Position numbers and translations under genes: made by a program
Shown: positions 36,811 to 51,410 of the stretch, piece by piece
Position numbering within the stretch: position 1 is the first letter of the stretch
Layout: each line of letters begins with the position of its first letter
Notes under the pieces: generated by a model
Told to the model about the DNA's origin: nothing
The model's database searches: none
The model's input: only the letters and a program-made list of their open reading frames with translations
Assembly (NCBI RefSeq): GCF_963921235.1
Contig: NC_086097.1
Location: forward strand, 24,988,001-25,052,000
Length of the DNA stretch: 64,000 nt
Direction: 5' to 3'
Source of the DNA: Mobula hypostoma
Taxonomy: Eukaryota

Positions 36811-39114
36811 AACAAAATTTTGTTTTTAAAATAATTTGAACTTTGAATACTTTTAACAGGACTCGTTTAGATCAAGTGGTGATCTGTAACCAGTGAACAT
36901 TAGTGCAACTAGAATAGAATTTGTAACCTGAATTCTCATCTCCCCATTCCGCCACATTTACAGCAACCCTGGTGTAAGTGTATCCAGTAATGGGAACCTT
37001 TTCTTTGGGATATAATGCCAGGAGCTGACTCACACTGGGAATTTCAAAATGCATTCTCACTTGGAGGTAACGATACAGTGGCAGACCAACATATTATCTG
37101 CTTGCTTGAAATTGCCTTGCAAAAAGATTGGCTGCCAGACCAGCTGCTCAGAAAACATTTCCAGTTCCATCAGAGGTCACTGACGTTGACCCTTGCTTGT
37201 GAACCTGGGTAAGCTGGAGTGAATTTCTCCAACTTCATTCCATCGTGTCTGCGGTGGTGATGCTACAAGTAAGTTTTCCATCACACCTGTGCATATGTGT
37301 GCTTCTGCACATGACAATAAACTCAACATTGAATTTTGACATTTTTTTGAAATTATTACCAGTTCCCAGTGTGAGCCAGCCCCAAGCATTGTACCCCAAA
37401 GATTTTCAGCACTCTATCAACCTCTAACACTTTATTTATGGTTCCTCAGTTGGAAATAGAACATAACAGCACAATACACGCCCTTTGGCCCATGATGTTG
37501 TGCCAACCTTTTAACTTTTTTAAGATCAACCCAACCCTTCCCTCCTACATAGCCCTTCATTTTTCTATCGTCCATGCATACTTAACTATCTAAGAGTTTC
37601 CTAAAAACCTAATTTATCTGCCTCTACCATCATTCCTGGCAGCATTCTTTGCATAAAAAAGAAACTACTTCTGGCATCCCCGGCCCCCCCCCCACCATAC
37701 TCTGTACTAATCACCTTAAAATTATGCCCCCTTGTATTAGCAATTTTGGTCCCAGAAAAATGTCTCTGCGTGTCCGCTCAATCTATGCCTCTTGTAATCT
37801 TGTCTGGCTCTGTCAAGGCACCTCTCATCCTCCTTCATTTCAAAGAGAAAAGCTTGAGCTCACTTAATCTATTCTCATACAACATGCTCTTTAATCCAGG
37901 CAAATCTCCTCTGCACCATCTCCAGAGCCTTCCACATCCTTCCTGCAAGAGGCAACCAGAACTGAACACAATATTGCATGTGGTCTGGACAGGGTTTCAT
38001 AGAGCTGCAACATTACTTTGTGGCTGTTGAACTCAATCCTCCAAATAATGAAGGCCAACACACCATACACCTTCTTACCAATCCCATCAACCTGAGCAGC
38101 GACTTTGAGGGAAGGTAGACCCCAGGATCCCTCTGTTGTTCCACACTGTCAAGGATTCTGCCATTAACCCTGTATGATGCAACCTAATGCATAGGGTGCC
38201 ACGAGCAAGGAAGGTATTCGTAATGACAAGCCACACTCCAGGCATTCTGTCAAGAGGACAACCCTAGTGGAGTTGGCATTCCCTATTCTTTCCTTGCCAA
38301 CCATATCTTGACAGATGATTTCATCCCTTTTCACCCTGGTATAAAAGGGGATCAGTCTGTCTCCACTTGAGATGTGGAACAAGACTTTACAATGTTGGAC
38401 TAAGGTCAGTGGTAAGGAAGGCAGGTGCAATTCCATCATTCATTCCAAGAGAACTAGAATATAAAAGCAAGGATGTAATGCATTGGCAGACCACATCTGG
38501 AGTAACGAGAGTATTTTTGGGTCCCATATGGCTAATACCCGGGGGGTGTAATTTTAAGGTGATTGGAGGAGAGTGTGGGGGGGCGGCACAAGAGGAGGTT
38601 TTTTTTACTACACGAAGAGTGGTGGATGCATGGAACACGCTGACAGGGGTAGTGGTAGAGGGAGATATACTGAGGACCTTTACTAGACTCTTAGGTAGGC
38701 ACATGAATGAAAGAAAAATGGAGGGCGATGTGAAAAGGAAGGGTTAGATTGTTCTTAAAAGATCAGCACAACATCATGGGTTGAAGGGCCTGTACTGTTG
38801 TATTTTATACATGTTATGTTGCATGTTCTATGTAGAAAATAAGACATAGGAGCAGAATTAGGTCATTCTTCCCACTGAGTCTGCTCCATCATTCAATCAT
38901 GGCTGTTTTATTATTCCTCGCAACCTCATTGTCCTGCCTTCTCCCTGTTACCTTTGATACCCTTACTAATCAAGAAACTATCAAACTCTGCTTTAGGTAT
39001 ACCCTATAACTTACCTCCACACCATCTGTGGCAGTAAATTCCACAGATTTACCAACTTCAGGCTAAAGTTGTCCTTCCTCATCTCTATACTAAGGGACGT
39101 CCTTGTATTCTGAG

Positions 39115-39729
39115 GCAGGAGGGAGATTGAAAATTTGGTTAAGTGGTGTAATAACACCAATTTCTCACTCAATGTCAATAAGACCAAGGAACAGATTGTA
39201 GACCAGGAGAGGGAAACCAGTGGTCTATGAGCCAGTGGTCATCAGAGGATCAGACGTGGAGAAGGTCAGTAACTTTAAATTCCTGGGTATCACCATCTCA
39301 GACAACCTGATCTGGACCCATCATATAAATATATTGTGAAGAAAGCACAACAACTCCTCTACTTCCTCGGGAGTCTGCAGAGATTCAGCGCGTCATCAAA
39401 AACCTTGGCAAACCTCTATAGGTGGTTGAAAGCGTGCTGACTGGCTGCATTATGGCCTGGTTTGGGAACACCAATGCCTTTGGGTGGAAATTCCTAAAAA
39501 AAAAGGTCACGGATTCAGCCTAGTACATCACAGGTAAAACCTTCCCAAACATCGAGCACATCTACATGAAACATTATCGTGGGGAAGCAGCATCCATCAT
39601 CAAAGATCCTCACCACCCAGGCCGCGCTTTTTCCCCTCGCTGCTGCCATCAGGTAGAAGGTACAAGCTCCTCAGGACTTGCACCATCAGTTACTGCCTCT
39701 CAATCATCAGGCTCTTCAACAACAGGAGA
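39115..39729 (+). mobile_element. Rex1/Babar-type LINE RT 3' fragment
   Basis: Homologous to 63349-63867 (LSLNVNKTKE, FKFLGITI, LYFL). Interrupted by the Tc1 element. Confidence 0.75.
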
Positions 39730-39731
39730 TA

Positions 39732-41339
39732 CAGTGGCTATAAAAAGTATTCCTTTCATCCCTCTCTGGAAGTTTTCACGTTTTATTGTTTCACAACATT
39801 GAATCAGAGTAAATTTAATTTGACACTGATCAACAGAAAATAGTTTTTGTGTCAAAGTGAAAACAAATTTCTACAAGCCAGTCTAAATTTATTACAATTA
39901 TTAAACACAAAATAATTGATTGCATAATTACTCACCTCCTTCAAGTCAGTATTTAGTAGATGCACCTTTGGCAGCAATTACAGCTGTGTGGTTATGTCTT
40001 TATCAGCTTTGGACATCTGGACACTGCAATTTTTTCCCATTCTTCCTTACAAACTACTCAAGCTCTGTCAGATTGCATGGGGATCGTGAGTGAACAGCTC
40101 TTTTCAAGTCTAACCACAAATTCTCAATGGGATTGAGGTCTGGACTCTGACTTGGCCACTCCAGGATATTAACTTTGTTGTTTTTAAGCCATTCCTGTGT
40201 AGCTTTGGCTTTATGCTTGGGGCCATTGTATTGTTGGAAAAGAAATCTTCTCCCAAGTTGTAGTTTTCTTGCAGACTGCATCAGGTTTTCCCCAGGATTT
40301 CCCTGTACTTTGCTGCATTCATTTTACCCTCTACCTTCACAACCCTTCCAGGACCTGCTGCAGTGAAACAACCCCACAGCATGATGCAGCCACCACCGTG
40401 CTTGACCATAGTGATAGTGTATTTTTGATAATGTATGGTGTTCAGCTTATGCCATACATAGCGTTTAGACTGATAGACAAAACGCTCAATTTTGGTTTCA
40501 TCAGACCCTAAAACCTTCTTCCAGCTGACTTCAGTGTCTCTCACATGCCTTCTTGCAAACTCTAGCCAAGATTTCATTGAAGATTTTCTCAACAGTAGCT
40601 TTCTCTTCATCACTGTCCCATAAAGCTGTGACTGGTGAAGCACCCGGGCAACAGTTTTTATATGGGCAGTTTCTCCCAAGTCAGCCACTGAAGCTTGTAA
40701 CTCCTCCAGAGTTGTCATAGGTCTCTTGGTGGCCTCCTTCAATAGTCCCCTTCCTGCACAATCACTCAGCTTTTGAGGACAGCCTGCTCTAGACAGATTT
40801 ACAGCTGTGCCATATTCTTTCCATTTCTTGATGATTGACTTAACTGTACTCCAAGGGATATTCAGTGACAGAAATTTTATTGTATCTATCTCCTGACTTG
40901 TACGTTTTAATAACCTGTTTTACAGAGATGCTTTTATCTTCATGGTGTAGTTTTGACAAGGATACTGACTCACCAGCAGTTGGACCTTCCAGATACAGGT
41001 GTATTTTTACTACAGTCAATGGAAGCACCTTGCCTGTACACAGGTGATCTCCATTTAACTAATTATGTGACTACTAAGACCAATTGGTTGCACCAGTGAT
41101 GATTTGGTGTGTTATACTAAAGGGGGTGAATACTCATGCAATCAATTATTTTGTGTTTTATATTTGTAATTAATTTACATCACTTTGTAGATATCCGTTT
41201 TCACTTTGACACAAGAGAGTCTTTTTCTGTTGATCAGGGTCAAAAAGAGCCAAATTAAATCCACTGTGATTCATTGTTGTAAAACAATAAAACATGAAAA
41301 CTTCTGGGGGAGGGGGGCAAATACTTTTCATAGGCACTG
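39732..41339 (-). mobile_element. Full-length Tc1 DNA transposon with long TIRs; transposase is a pseudogene (about 40943-39946)
   Basis: TA-CAGTG...CACTG-TA ends with about 200-bp imperfect TIRs. Motifs [30 protein letters not shown] (catalytic D replaced by Y) and [11 protein letters not shown]. Frameshifted. Confidence 0.93.
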
Positions 41340-44300
41340 TAACTACATTCATTTAAGGACTCTTTTAGCTTGTTATTTCATGCTTATTATTTATTACTAT
41401 TTATTTATATTTGCATTTGCACAGTTTGTTTTTCAATGATCCTGTTTACAGTTACTGTTCAATAGATTTGCGAAGTAGCCCACAGAAAAAGAACCTCAGG
41501 GTTATATGTAGTGACATGTAGGTACTCCAATAATAAATTTTACTTTGAACTTTGAACCTTTGTTTAATATCACCTGCTTATGTCGTGAAATTTGTTAACT
41601 TTGCTGCAGCAGTACAATGCAGTACATGACAAATATAGAAAAGAAATAGTTCTTCAGAAGTCAAGAATGAAGCATAAAACTTATTGCTTACAGTCATTTA
41701 TTAAGTGTTGCAAGAACAAAGGAACAAGGAAAGGAAGATGGCGAGGAGCAAAAGCAGAGCTAGGGGAAAGAAAGAGTCAAAGAGACTGATCCAGTATAGC
41801 CTGGTGCTCTTGAACCAGTTTGTTAATTCCATTGAATTTCCATAGCTAACAATTAGCCAATAAGATAGCTCGTATTTAAGTAATACCATGCACACCACTA
41901 AAACCAAGAAGTTTCCAGAAAAATGCAGAGGAACTATAACCATTAGAAAACCCATTGAACTATTACATGTATATAGGTAATTATATAAAAATACAAACAA
42001 GCATTATTGAATTGAATTGACTATATTACTTACATCCTTCATATACATGAGAGGTGAAATTAGTAGTCTATTGGAGGATCTCAGTGGGCCTATGGAGGAA
42101 AATGGACAGCAGATAATTCCAGTCAAGACCAATCATATGCAGGTGACGGACCTTGACCTGAACCATCAACTGTTCACACACACACACACACACACGCCTC
42201 CCCCCCACCCATTGAGTTTCTCCATCAGATTCTTTGTTACTCCACATCCCAGCATCTGCAATCTGTTGTGTCTCCTATACAATTTAGACCCCTCCCTCTC
42301 TGTCTTTCTCTCACTCTGTCTATTTGCACTCTCTCTTCCATTCCCTCTCTTCTTCTCACTCACTCTGCTCTCTTGCGCTCTCTCGCTCTCTCTCTCTCTT
42401 TCTCTCTCTCCCTAGCCCCCAGACTTTCTCTCCCACTTTCTCTTTCTCGCCCCCCCCCTCCTGAAATGTGGCTGGGTTTGGGCCAGTTCGAAATGTCAAA
42501 CAGCGGCTGCCAGCTCGATGACAGAATATAAAGATCTTTCCCCTTTTGGACACATTTTACAAATTTGCCTTCCAAATATTTGCTTGCTGACTTTGTAGAT
42601 GTCCAACATTTGACCACCTTTGAACGTTGGCAATGTTCAGAGGCTCTGAGATGCTCGGGAGCAAAGCCAAATCTTGCGTTAGCAGCTCAGATGTTAAGGG
42701 ATCTCTCTTTATTCCACATTCACTCACTGGGCTCAGAGAAATTATACGCAACTCACCATATAGCCATCAGTCATTTCCCAGATTCACATGCCCCGTTAAA
42801 CCCCTTAATCCCTGTATTATCCATCTCAACCCTTCAAGTCCCTCTCCCCAGAGGCATGGAATTATAAAAATAAAGATTAGCTTTATTTGTCACAGTTGGA
42901 ATATTGTGTTCAGTTCTGGTCATATTGTTCCATGTTCTATGATAAATTGTGGCCTGCTTTATTAGCAAGAATCTCTTTTCCACAGCGGAGGTGCCAGTAA
43001 CCAAGGAGCATTTATTTAAGGTTAACAATAGGCTTAGAGAATATTTGAGAAGGAGACTGTTCACTTGAAGAGTGAAGTGGTGGGGTCTGGTATTCTGCCT
43101 GAGAATCTTCCCCACGTATCATGGGGTTCATACCCCTCTAAACCTTTCCTATCTTACCCTGGGGATCTTGGGCTTCAAGACCATAGTTTCTTGAAAGTGG
43201 TTGCACAGGGTGATAGGTAATAAAGAAGACACATGGCATGCTTGCTCTTATTAGTCGTGGCATTGAGTTCAAGAGGCAGGAAGTTATGTTGCAGCTTCAT
43301 TAAACTCTAGCTGGCCTGCATCTGGAGTATTGCATACTGTTCTGATTGCTCCATTATGTGAAGGATGTCAAGGCTTTGGAGAGGATGTAGAAGAGGTTCA
43401 CGAGGATACTGCCTGGATTAGCGGACTGATGCTCTAAGGAAAGGTTGGATGAACTGAGACTGCTTTCTCTGGGGTGGCAGGGGCTGAGGGGAGACCTGAT
43501 AGAACATTATGACCACTTTGGTCACTTTGCACTAAAATGGGCTTTATTGCTTTTTGTTCAAATTGTGTTGTTTCTTGTAAAAGGTTTGCGTTTAATTTAC
43601 ATTTTCTTGTGAATGCTGCTTATTTAATGTTCTGAGCCTGTGATGCTGCTGCAGGTCAATTTTTCATTGCACCTGTGTATCCCCATACTTGTGCACATGA
43701 CTATAAACTCAACTTCAACTACAATTGTGAGGCTCCTCTCCATGGACCCTGTCCACACATCTCCCAGCCTCAGTAAAGTAGCTGGGATAATCAAAGACCC
43801 CAGTTGCCCCTGGCATTCTCTCTTCTCCCCTCTCCCATAGGGCATGAAGATAGCTAAAATCTGAAAGCCTGTACCACCGGGCTCAAGGACAGCTTCCATC
43901 ACACTGTTTTAAGACTACTGAACTTGCCCCTGTTATGATGTAATGGATTCTTGTCCTCATAGGCTACCTCATTTTAGCTTTGTTCCTCATTTTCTGCCTG
44001 CAATTCACTCCATCTATAAAAATTTGTTCTGCATTCTGTTACTGCTTTCCCTTGTACTACCTCGGTATGCTGTTGTAATGAAACGATCCGTATGGATGGC
44101 ATGCAAAACAGCGTTTTTCACTGCAGCTCAGTACAAGTAACAACAATAAACCAATTTACTGAAAAAGGAGGTAGGAACTCAACGGGTCAGGCAGCATCTG
44201 CAGAGGGAAATGAACAGTGTCTCTGAAACATTGACTGTCCACAGGTGCTATCTGACCCACTGAGTCTTGTTTGCATTCCTGTGATCCAGGGTTTGTGTAT

Positions 44301-45469
44301 TTATCTGAGTGCGTTTGTAAGCCCTTATGTGCATATTTGTACCTGAGGTAGCTGTGTGATTGCTCAAGTCGGAATGGTGTTCTCCAAAGGGGTTGTCTAT
44401 CGGTGGGTCCTCAGGCAACTGTAAAGGAAGATCTGGGATCCACATAGCTGGGATGTTAGGGTGGATTCCTTACGGCGGTGCATGACTTTGTTTAATATAG
44501 GGAGGCTGATACATGGGCAGCCACCACACGTTCCTTGACAAATTGAGATAAGAGTCTGGAAGCATGGAACTGGCTATCTTTCACTGCTGCAGTCTTCCTC
44601 CACTTTCAATGCTGCTGTGTTGAGTCATCATCTTCTTCCAGCTCCACTGTTAAGGTCTTGGTTAGGCCGCTCTTTGTCTGGAACTTCCCCCTTGACCTTA
44701 TCGCCAAGGGCGACCCTACAAGGGGCTAAGTGCCAGAACGGTAATCTCCAGACAGCATTGCTCTCAGGATGGCAGGAACTCACCAGCCTCTCCACCACGA
44801 CAAAGTGGCGATTCTCGGAGAGGATGTGCACGTGCATGCTTGCGTTTTAAGGTGTGTTTGTGTGACAGGAGCTGTGACAGTGTGGGGAGGGAGAGGCACA
44901 GAGAGAGAAGGGGAGAAAGCAAGGGAGTTGAGTAGGAGAAGGAGGGAGAGTGAGGAATATGAGTGTGGACGAGCAAAAAGAAGTCAAGTCAAAGTCAAAG
45001 TGAATTTATTATCAAAATATGTATATGACAACATATAGTCATAGTCATACTTTATTGATCCCGGGGGAAATTGGTTTTCATTACAGTTGCACCATAAATA
45101 ATAAGGTAATACCACCTTGAGATTCATTTTCATGTTGGTAAATAAAGGTATACAATAAAATTCATGTAAAACTGTACATAAACAAAGACTGGTAAATAAC
45201 CAATGTGCAAAAGAAAACAAATTGGCAAATTATTAAAAATTAATACTCAGAACCTGAATTGTGGAGTCTTTGAAAATGAGTCTGTAGTTTGTGGAATCAG
45301 TTCAAAGTTCAAAGTAAATTTATCTAGGTATGTATATGTCACCATATAGTACACTGAAATTCATATTCTTGCAGGCTTTCACAGTAAAACAAAGAAATAC
45401 AATAGAATCAGTGAAAAATACACATAAGCAACCAATATGTAAATACAATAAATAAATACTGAAAACATG

Positions 45470-45736
45470 GCTGGCTGGTGGCACAATGGCATCAGTGCCG
45501 GACTCCAAAGCCAAGGCTCCCGAGTTCGAATCCAAGTCGGGCCCCCCCCTCCCCGAACACGCTTTCCATCCGTGCCAGGTTGAGCGTCGAGCTAGCCACT
45601 CGGCCTCGTTAAAAAAAAATGGTCCAGTCAGCAACGTTCATATCGTAACCCGGTTAATCCAAAAGGAGCCCAATCCTGACACCACGCGCCAGACAAGAAT
45701 GACTGATTGTCTGGTGCGACACGCTAAACAAAATTA
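45470..45736 (+). mobile_element. tRNA-derived SINE
   Basis: A-box TGGCACAATGG, B-box GTTCGAATCC, A-rich tail, TSD AAAACATG (45462-45469, 45737-45744). Confidence 0.8.
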
Positions 45737-46892
45737 AAAACATGAGCTGTAGAGTTCCTGAAATTTGTCCCTAGGTTGTGGAGTCAGTTTAGATGTGTGG
45801 TGAGTGAAGTTATCCATGCTGGGTCAGAAACCTGATGGTTGAAGGTTAATAACTGTTCCTGAACCTGATGATTTGGGGCCAAAGGCTCCTGTAACCCCTT
45901 CCCAATGGCAGTAGCAAGCAGAGAGCATGGCCCGGATAGCGGGGTTCCTTCATGATGGCTACTGCTTTCTCGCAGCAATGCTCCTTTTAAATGTGGTGAA
46001 AAGAGGGAGAGACAGAAAGTTAATCATCATTAGAGGAACGAGAAGAGGAGTATGAGGGCGGGGAAGTGTGTGACAGTGGCGGAAAAGTTGGAAACAATGC
46101 AAAGACAAAGAGAGAGAACAGGGCATAGAAGCGGAGAAAAAGGCAGGTTGGGAGATTCCAGCATCAGCTCCATCTCCAAACTATTACTGGGGTTTGTATG
46201 TATTATAGGGGGTTGGCACTCCATCAATTCAAGGTTCAGTTTGTAGCCTATTCAGCCTATTGAGTCTGCTTCACCCGTTCAACCAAGGTTATTTATTTTC
46301 CTTGTCAATCCCATTCTCCTGCCTTCTCCCTGTAACCTTTGATGGCCTGACTAATCAAGGATCTATCAACCTCTGGTTTAAAATATACCCATTGACTTGT
46401 CCCCCACAATAGCCTCTGGCAATGAATTCCACAGATTCATCAACTTTGGAAAAGAAATTCCTCTTCATCTCATTTCTAGATAAGTGTCGCTCTATTCTGA
46501 GGCTGTGTCCTCTAGTCTTAGACTCTCTCACTCATGGAAACACCCTCTCCACATCTGCTCTATCTAGGCCTTTCAATATTCTGTAGATTTCAATGAGATC
46601 CCTTTTCAGCTTCTAAATTGTTGTGAATACAGGCCCAGAGCCATCAAACTCTCCTCACACATTAGCATTTTCATTTTGGAATCATTCTAATGAACCTCTG
46701 CTGGACCATCCCCAATACTACCACATCCTTTCATAGTTATGGGACCCAAAACTGCTCACAATAATCCGAATGTGGCCTGGCCAATGCCTTTTAAAGCCTC
46801 AGCATTACATACTTTTAGCCCTCTCCAAATGAATGCTAACACTTCTGTTGCTGCTTGCGTTGTTCTGTTGAACATTGCGAGCATGTTCTATT

Positions 46893-48052
46893 AGACCATA
46901 AGACAAAGGAGCAGAAGTCGGCCATTCGGCCCATCGAGTCTGCTCCGCTATTTTATCATGAGCTGATCCATTCTCCCATTTAGTCCCACTCACCCATCTT
47001 CTCACCATAACCTTTGATGCCCTGGCTACTCAGATACCTATCAATCTCTGCCTTAAATACACCTGATGACTTGGTCTCCACTGCTGCCCGTGGCAACAAA
47101 TTCCATAGATTCACCACACTCTGGCTAAAAAAATGTCTTCGCATCTCTGTTCTGAATGGGCGCCCTTCAATCCTTAAGTCATGTCCTCTCATACTAGGCT
47201 CCCCCATCATGGGAAACAACTTTGCCACATCCACGCTGTCCATGCCTTTCAACATTCGAAATGTTTCTATGAGGTCTCCCCTCATTCTTCTAAACTCCAA
47301 GGAATACAGTCCAAGAGCGGACAAACGTTCCTCATATGTTAACCCTCTCATTCCCGGAATCATTCTAGTGAATCTTCTCTGTACTCTCTCCAACGTCAGC
47401 ACGTCCTTTCTTAAATAAAGAGACCAAAACTGCCCACAGTACTCCAAGTGAGGTCTCACCAGCGCCTTATAGAGCCTCAACATCACATCCCTGCTCCTAT
47501 ACTCTATTCCTCTAGAAATAAATGCCAACATTGCATTCGCCTTCTTCACCACCGACTCAACCTGGAGGTTAACCTTAAGGGTATCCTGTACGAGGACTCC
47601 CAAGTCCCGTTGCATCTCTGAACTTTGAATTCTTTCTCCACTTAAATAATAGTCTGCCCGTTTATTTTTCTGCCAAAGTGCATAACCATACACTTTCCAA
47701 CATTGTATTTCATTTGCCACTTCTTTGCCCATTCTTCCAATCTATCCAAGTCTCTCTGCAGACTCTCCATTTCCTCAGCACTACCAGCCCCTCCACCTAT
47801 CTTCGTATTGTCAGCAAACTTAGCCACAAAGCTATCTATTCCATAATCCAAATCGTTGATGTACAATGTAAAAAGAAGCAGCCCCAACACGGACCCCTGT
47901 GGAACACCACTGGTAACCGGCAGCCAACCAGAATAGGATCCCTTTATTCCCACTCTCTGCTTCCTACCAATCAGCCAACGCTCTATCCACGTATGTAACT
48001 TTCCCGTAATTCCATGGGCTCTTATCTTGTTAAGTAGCCTCATGTGTGGCAC
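46893..48052 (-). mobile_element. Young 5'-truncated CR1 LINE
   Basis: ORFs 46980-47732 and 47642-48052 are nearly identical to 29130-30276. TSD CTATT. Confidence 0.93.
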
Positions 48053-48104
48053 CTATTGGCTCTGGAAATTGTGGCAACACTTGTCGGCTGCCCCCTGCAT
48101 GTCA

Positions 48105-48335
48105 AGATTCTAAGCAACACACACAAAATGCTCGATGAAGTCAGCAGGCCAAGCAGCATCTCTGAAAAAAAGTAACTAATTGATGTTTCGGGCCGAGTCC
48201 CTTCATCAGGATCTCAGCCCGAAACGTTGGCTGTTTCTTCTTTTCCATAGATGCTGCTTGGCCTGCTGAGATCCTCCAGCATTTTGGGTGTTGCTTTGGA
48301 TTTCCAGTATCTGCAAATATTCTCATGTTTGTGAC
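48105..48335. mobile_element. Penelope-derived fold-back with a degenerate hammerhead motif
   Basis: Inverted arms; minus strand has CTGATGAAGGGACTCGGCCCGAAACATC at about 48181-48208. Confidence 0.65.
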
Positions 48336-51300
48336 ATCAAGATTCAAGATTATTTAATACGATTTCCACTATACAGCTGTAGAGGAGAACAAAATAATTG
48401 TTACTCTGGATCTGATGCAGTACAAAAAAATTCAATAAGATAAAGAAAACAGTAATTAAAAAACACAATAAATATACTGAAAATACATAAGATAGCTCAT
48501 ATACATTGATTGATTGATTGTACATCCACAAAGTGATGCTAGGCACGAGAGTCTTTGTACATCCTTGGGTGTGTTGGCTGTTAACGCAAATGATGCATTC
48601 CACTGCATGGTTCAATGTACCTGTGACAAATAAATCAGAATCTGAATCTGCATTTAACTTTCAAAGGAATTCACAAAAGAGTTGCTCAGTGATATGACAG
48701 CAAAGTTGATAGTCAGCTTGGGACAAATTAAGTTGCACTTCTATACATTGTTAACCAGCTGGCCTGCCTCGATGCAAGCTTCATTAGTAAAGCAAGGAAC
48801 AGCCTGCCTTCTGAATGCACCTTAATTTTGTACATTAATTATTTCCTGAAATATAATTATTATTCAGTTTGCATTTCACAGAGAGCCTGAATTTCCACTT
48901 ATCTGTGAAGTACTCTTGATAGTCTAAGATGCAAATTTACAGGCTAAATAAAAGGTGAAATAATTCGTATTTGCACTCTAAGCGGGGAGTAATTTATTAG
49001 TACAAGCACCGGCTTATTTCATCTTAAAAGATTTACAATTTTGTCTAGCAAGTTTTACTGAATCCATATTATATCAATAGGCAGATGAAATACTGTATAA
49101 TGCAGACAAGGGTGAGGTGTTGCACTTTGGGAGGACAAAGCAGGGTAGGATTTACACAGTAAATGGTAGGGTTCCAAGGATTGTGGTAGAATAGAGAGAT
49201 CTGGGAAAACAGATCCATAATTCATTAAAAAAGGTAGATAGGGTCATCAACAGAACATGTCTGGTCACCTACCTACAGGAAGGAAAGTTATCCATAAGAT
49301 TGAAAGAGTGCAAAGGAAATTTCCAAGGATGTTACCAGGAATTAGTAGTAGTAGTAGTCATACTTTATTGATCCCGGGGGAAATTGGTTAAATTGGGAAA
49401 TTGAAGACCTGGAGTAGGCAATTGAATAGGTTCAGACTTTTATTTCCTGGAACCTGGGAGAATAAGGGGAGATTTGATAGAGGTATATGAAATTATGAGG
49501 GTGTAGATAAGGTAAATTCAAGAAGTCTTTTTCCAGTGAGGTTGGGTGGAACTAGAAATGGATTTCATGGGTTAAGGGGTGAGGGTGAAATATTTAAGGA
49601 GATCCTGAGGGGAAATTTCTTCATTCAGAGGGTGGGGTGAATGTGAGATGAGCTGCCAGAGGAAGTGGTGGATGTGGGTTCGGTTGTAACATTGAAGAGA
49701 AGTTTGGAAATGTGGAGGGATGTGGTCCAGGTCAGACTAATGGGACTAGGCAGAATGATATTTTGGCATGGCTTAGATGGGCCAAAGGGCCTGTTTCTGT
49801 GCTGTAGTGCTCAATGATTCTATGACTCCAGGTTCCATTGTATTGCTTATTACATATACCTGTATTTCAATTTAGTTATTTATTTTCAATTCCCTTTCAC
49901 AAGCTTTAATTTCTTGTATTAGGTCTTTAAATCTCTGTAACCCTTATTTGATTTATAGCTTCAAGTTGTTGTTTGGGGGGACGCTTTAAAGATGTCAGTA
50001 GATGGTGCAAAGGAGCAAAAAGAGAGGTAAGTCACACCTGCCCTCTTCCCCTTGCCTTTCACTGATTTTAATCACATTTCCTAGGGTAACACTTCAGTGC
50101 AAAGTATGAGGAATTGGTACAGTGTCAGGAGCGCCAACTTCTGGATGTAGACTCAGCAAGTAAGACTTGGCCCCAGAAATTGCCAGGCAAGATCAGGAAG
50201 AAGTTGAGGAACCTACACCAGTCCTCAACAGGGGATTAGCAGTGAGCATTTTCAAGTTCCTGGGTATCAACATCTCCGAAGATCTATCCAAGGCCCAACA
50301 TATTAATGCAAATACTAAGAAGGTATGACAGAGGCTATATTTCATTAGAAGCTTGTGGAGACTTGATGTATCACCAAAGACTCTTGCAAATATCTACAGG
50401 CGTACCATGAAGAGCATTCTAACTGGCTGCATCACCATCTGGTACAGAGGGGCCATTGCAAAGGGTCGGAAAACTATAGATGGAAACCACAGACAGAGAT
50501 GCAATTGAGATGCAGTCAGCAACGAAAGTGAGCATGAGCAAAATTGCATTGTCCGCTGTTGTGCCAGGGATGTGGATTACAAATTACATCAGGGAATAGA
50601 AAAGGCATGTCAAAATGGCAATGTCATGATAATCGTTGGGGATTTTAACATGAAAATGGATTGGGAAAACCAGGCCAGGTTTGGACCTCAGGAGAGAGAA
50701 TTTGTAGAATGTCTAAGGCAGCGGTCCCCAACCACCAGGCCGCGGACCGGTACTGGGCCGCAAACCATGTGCTACCGGGCCGCGAGGAAACGATATGAGT
50801 CAGCCGCACCTTTCCTCATTCCCTATCACGCGCACTGTTGAGCTTGAACACACACAAGCTCATTACCCGCGCGTCATCCATGTCAGCACAGGAAGGAGAT
50901 CAACTCCTTGAGCTTGCAAATGACGGCGGGCTGAAAAGTATGTTTGTCATAACATCTCTGCCGGCATTCTGGATCAAAGTCAAAGCTGAATATCCTGAGA
51001 TAGCCACGAAAGCACTGAAAATGTTGCTTCCATTTCCAACATATCTCTGCAATGAATGCAATGAAAACTAAACTGCGGAATAGACTGGACATAAGGAACC
51101 CCCTTCCAGTATCGCTGTCTCCCATCACCCCTCGATAGGACCGTCTTGTTGTAGGAAAACAAGCCCAGGGCTCCCATTGATTCGGCGATATTGGTGTGTT
51201 GCAATGATTTTATATGTTCATACGGTGAAAATATGTGCTGTGTGTTTAATATTGAAACGTTACTTAAAATGTTAACAAACAACAGGAATACTGCAGATAC

Positions 51301-51374
51301 TGGAAAGTCAAGCAACACACATCAAAGTTGCTGGTGAACGCAGCAGGCCAGGCAGCATCTCTAGGAAGAGGTAC

Positions 51375-51410
51375 AGTCGACGTTTCAGGCCGAGACCCTT
51401 CGTCAGGACT
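51375..51410 (-). ncRNA. Minimal type I hammerhead ribozyme motif
   Basis: AGTC CTGACGA AGGGTCTCGGCCT GAAAC GTC GACT: helix I AGTC/GACT, CUGANGA and GAAA cores, palindromic ACGU helix III, GUC cleavage triplet. Confidence 0.75.

Noticed and set aside
36940..36980. Possible microexon (TTTACAG-CAACCCTGGT-GTAAGT)
   Set aside because: 10 nt, not frame-preserving, no partner exons; such motifs arise by chance.
37173..37192. Nuclear-receptor element AGGTCA-n7-TGACCC as a thyroid response element
   Set aside because: Spacing is not a standard TRE, it is 16 kb from the promoter, and I have no conservation evidence.
45470..45545. tRNA gene
   Set aside because: A and B boxes continue into a SINE body with a tail and TSD; no convincing cloverleaf.
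48650..49085. AT-rich, apparently unique segment (also 42460-42870) as a conserved enhancer
   Set aside because: Cannot be supported without cross-species alignment.
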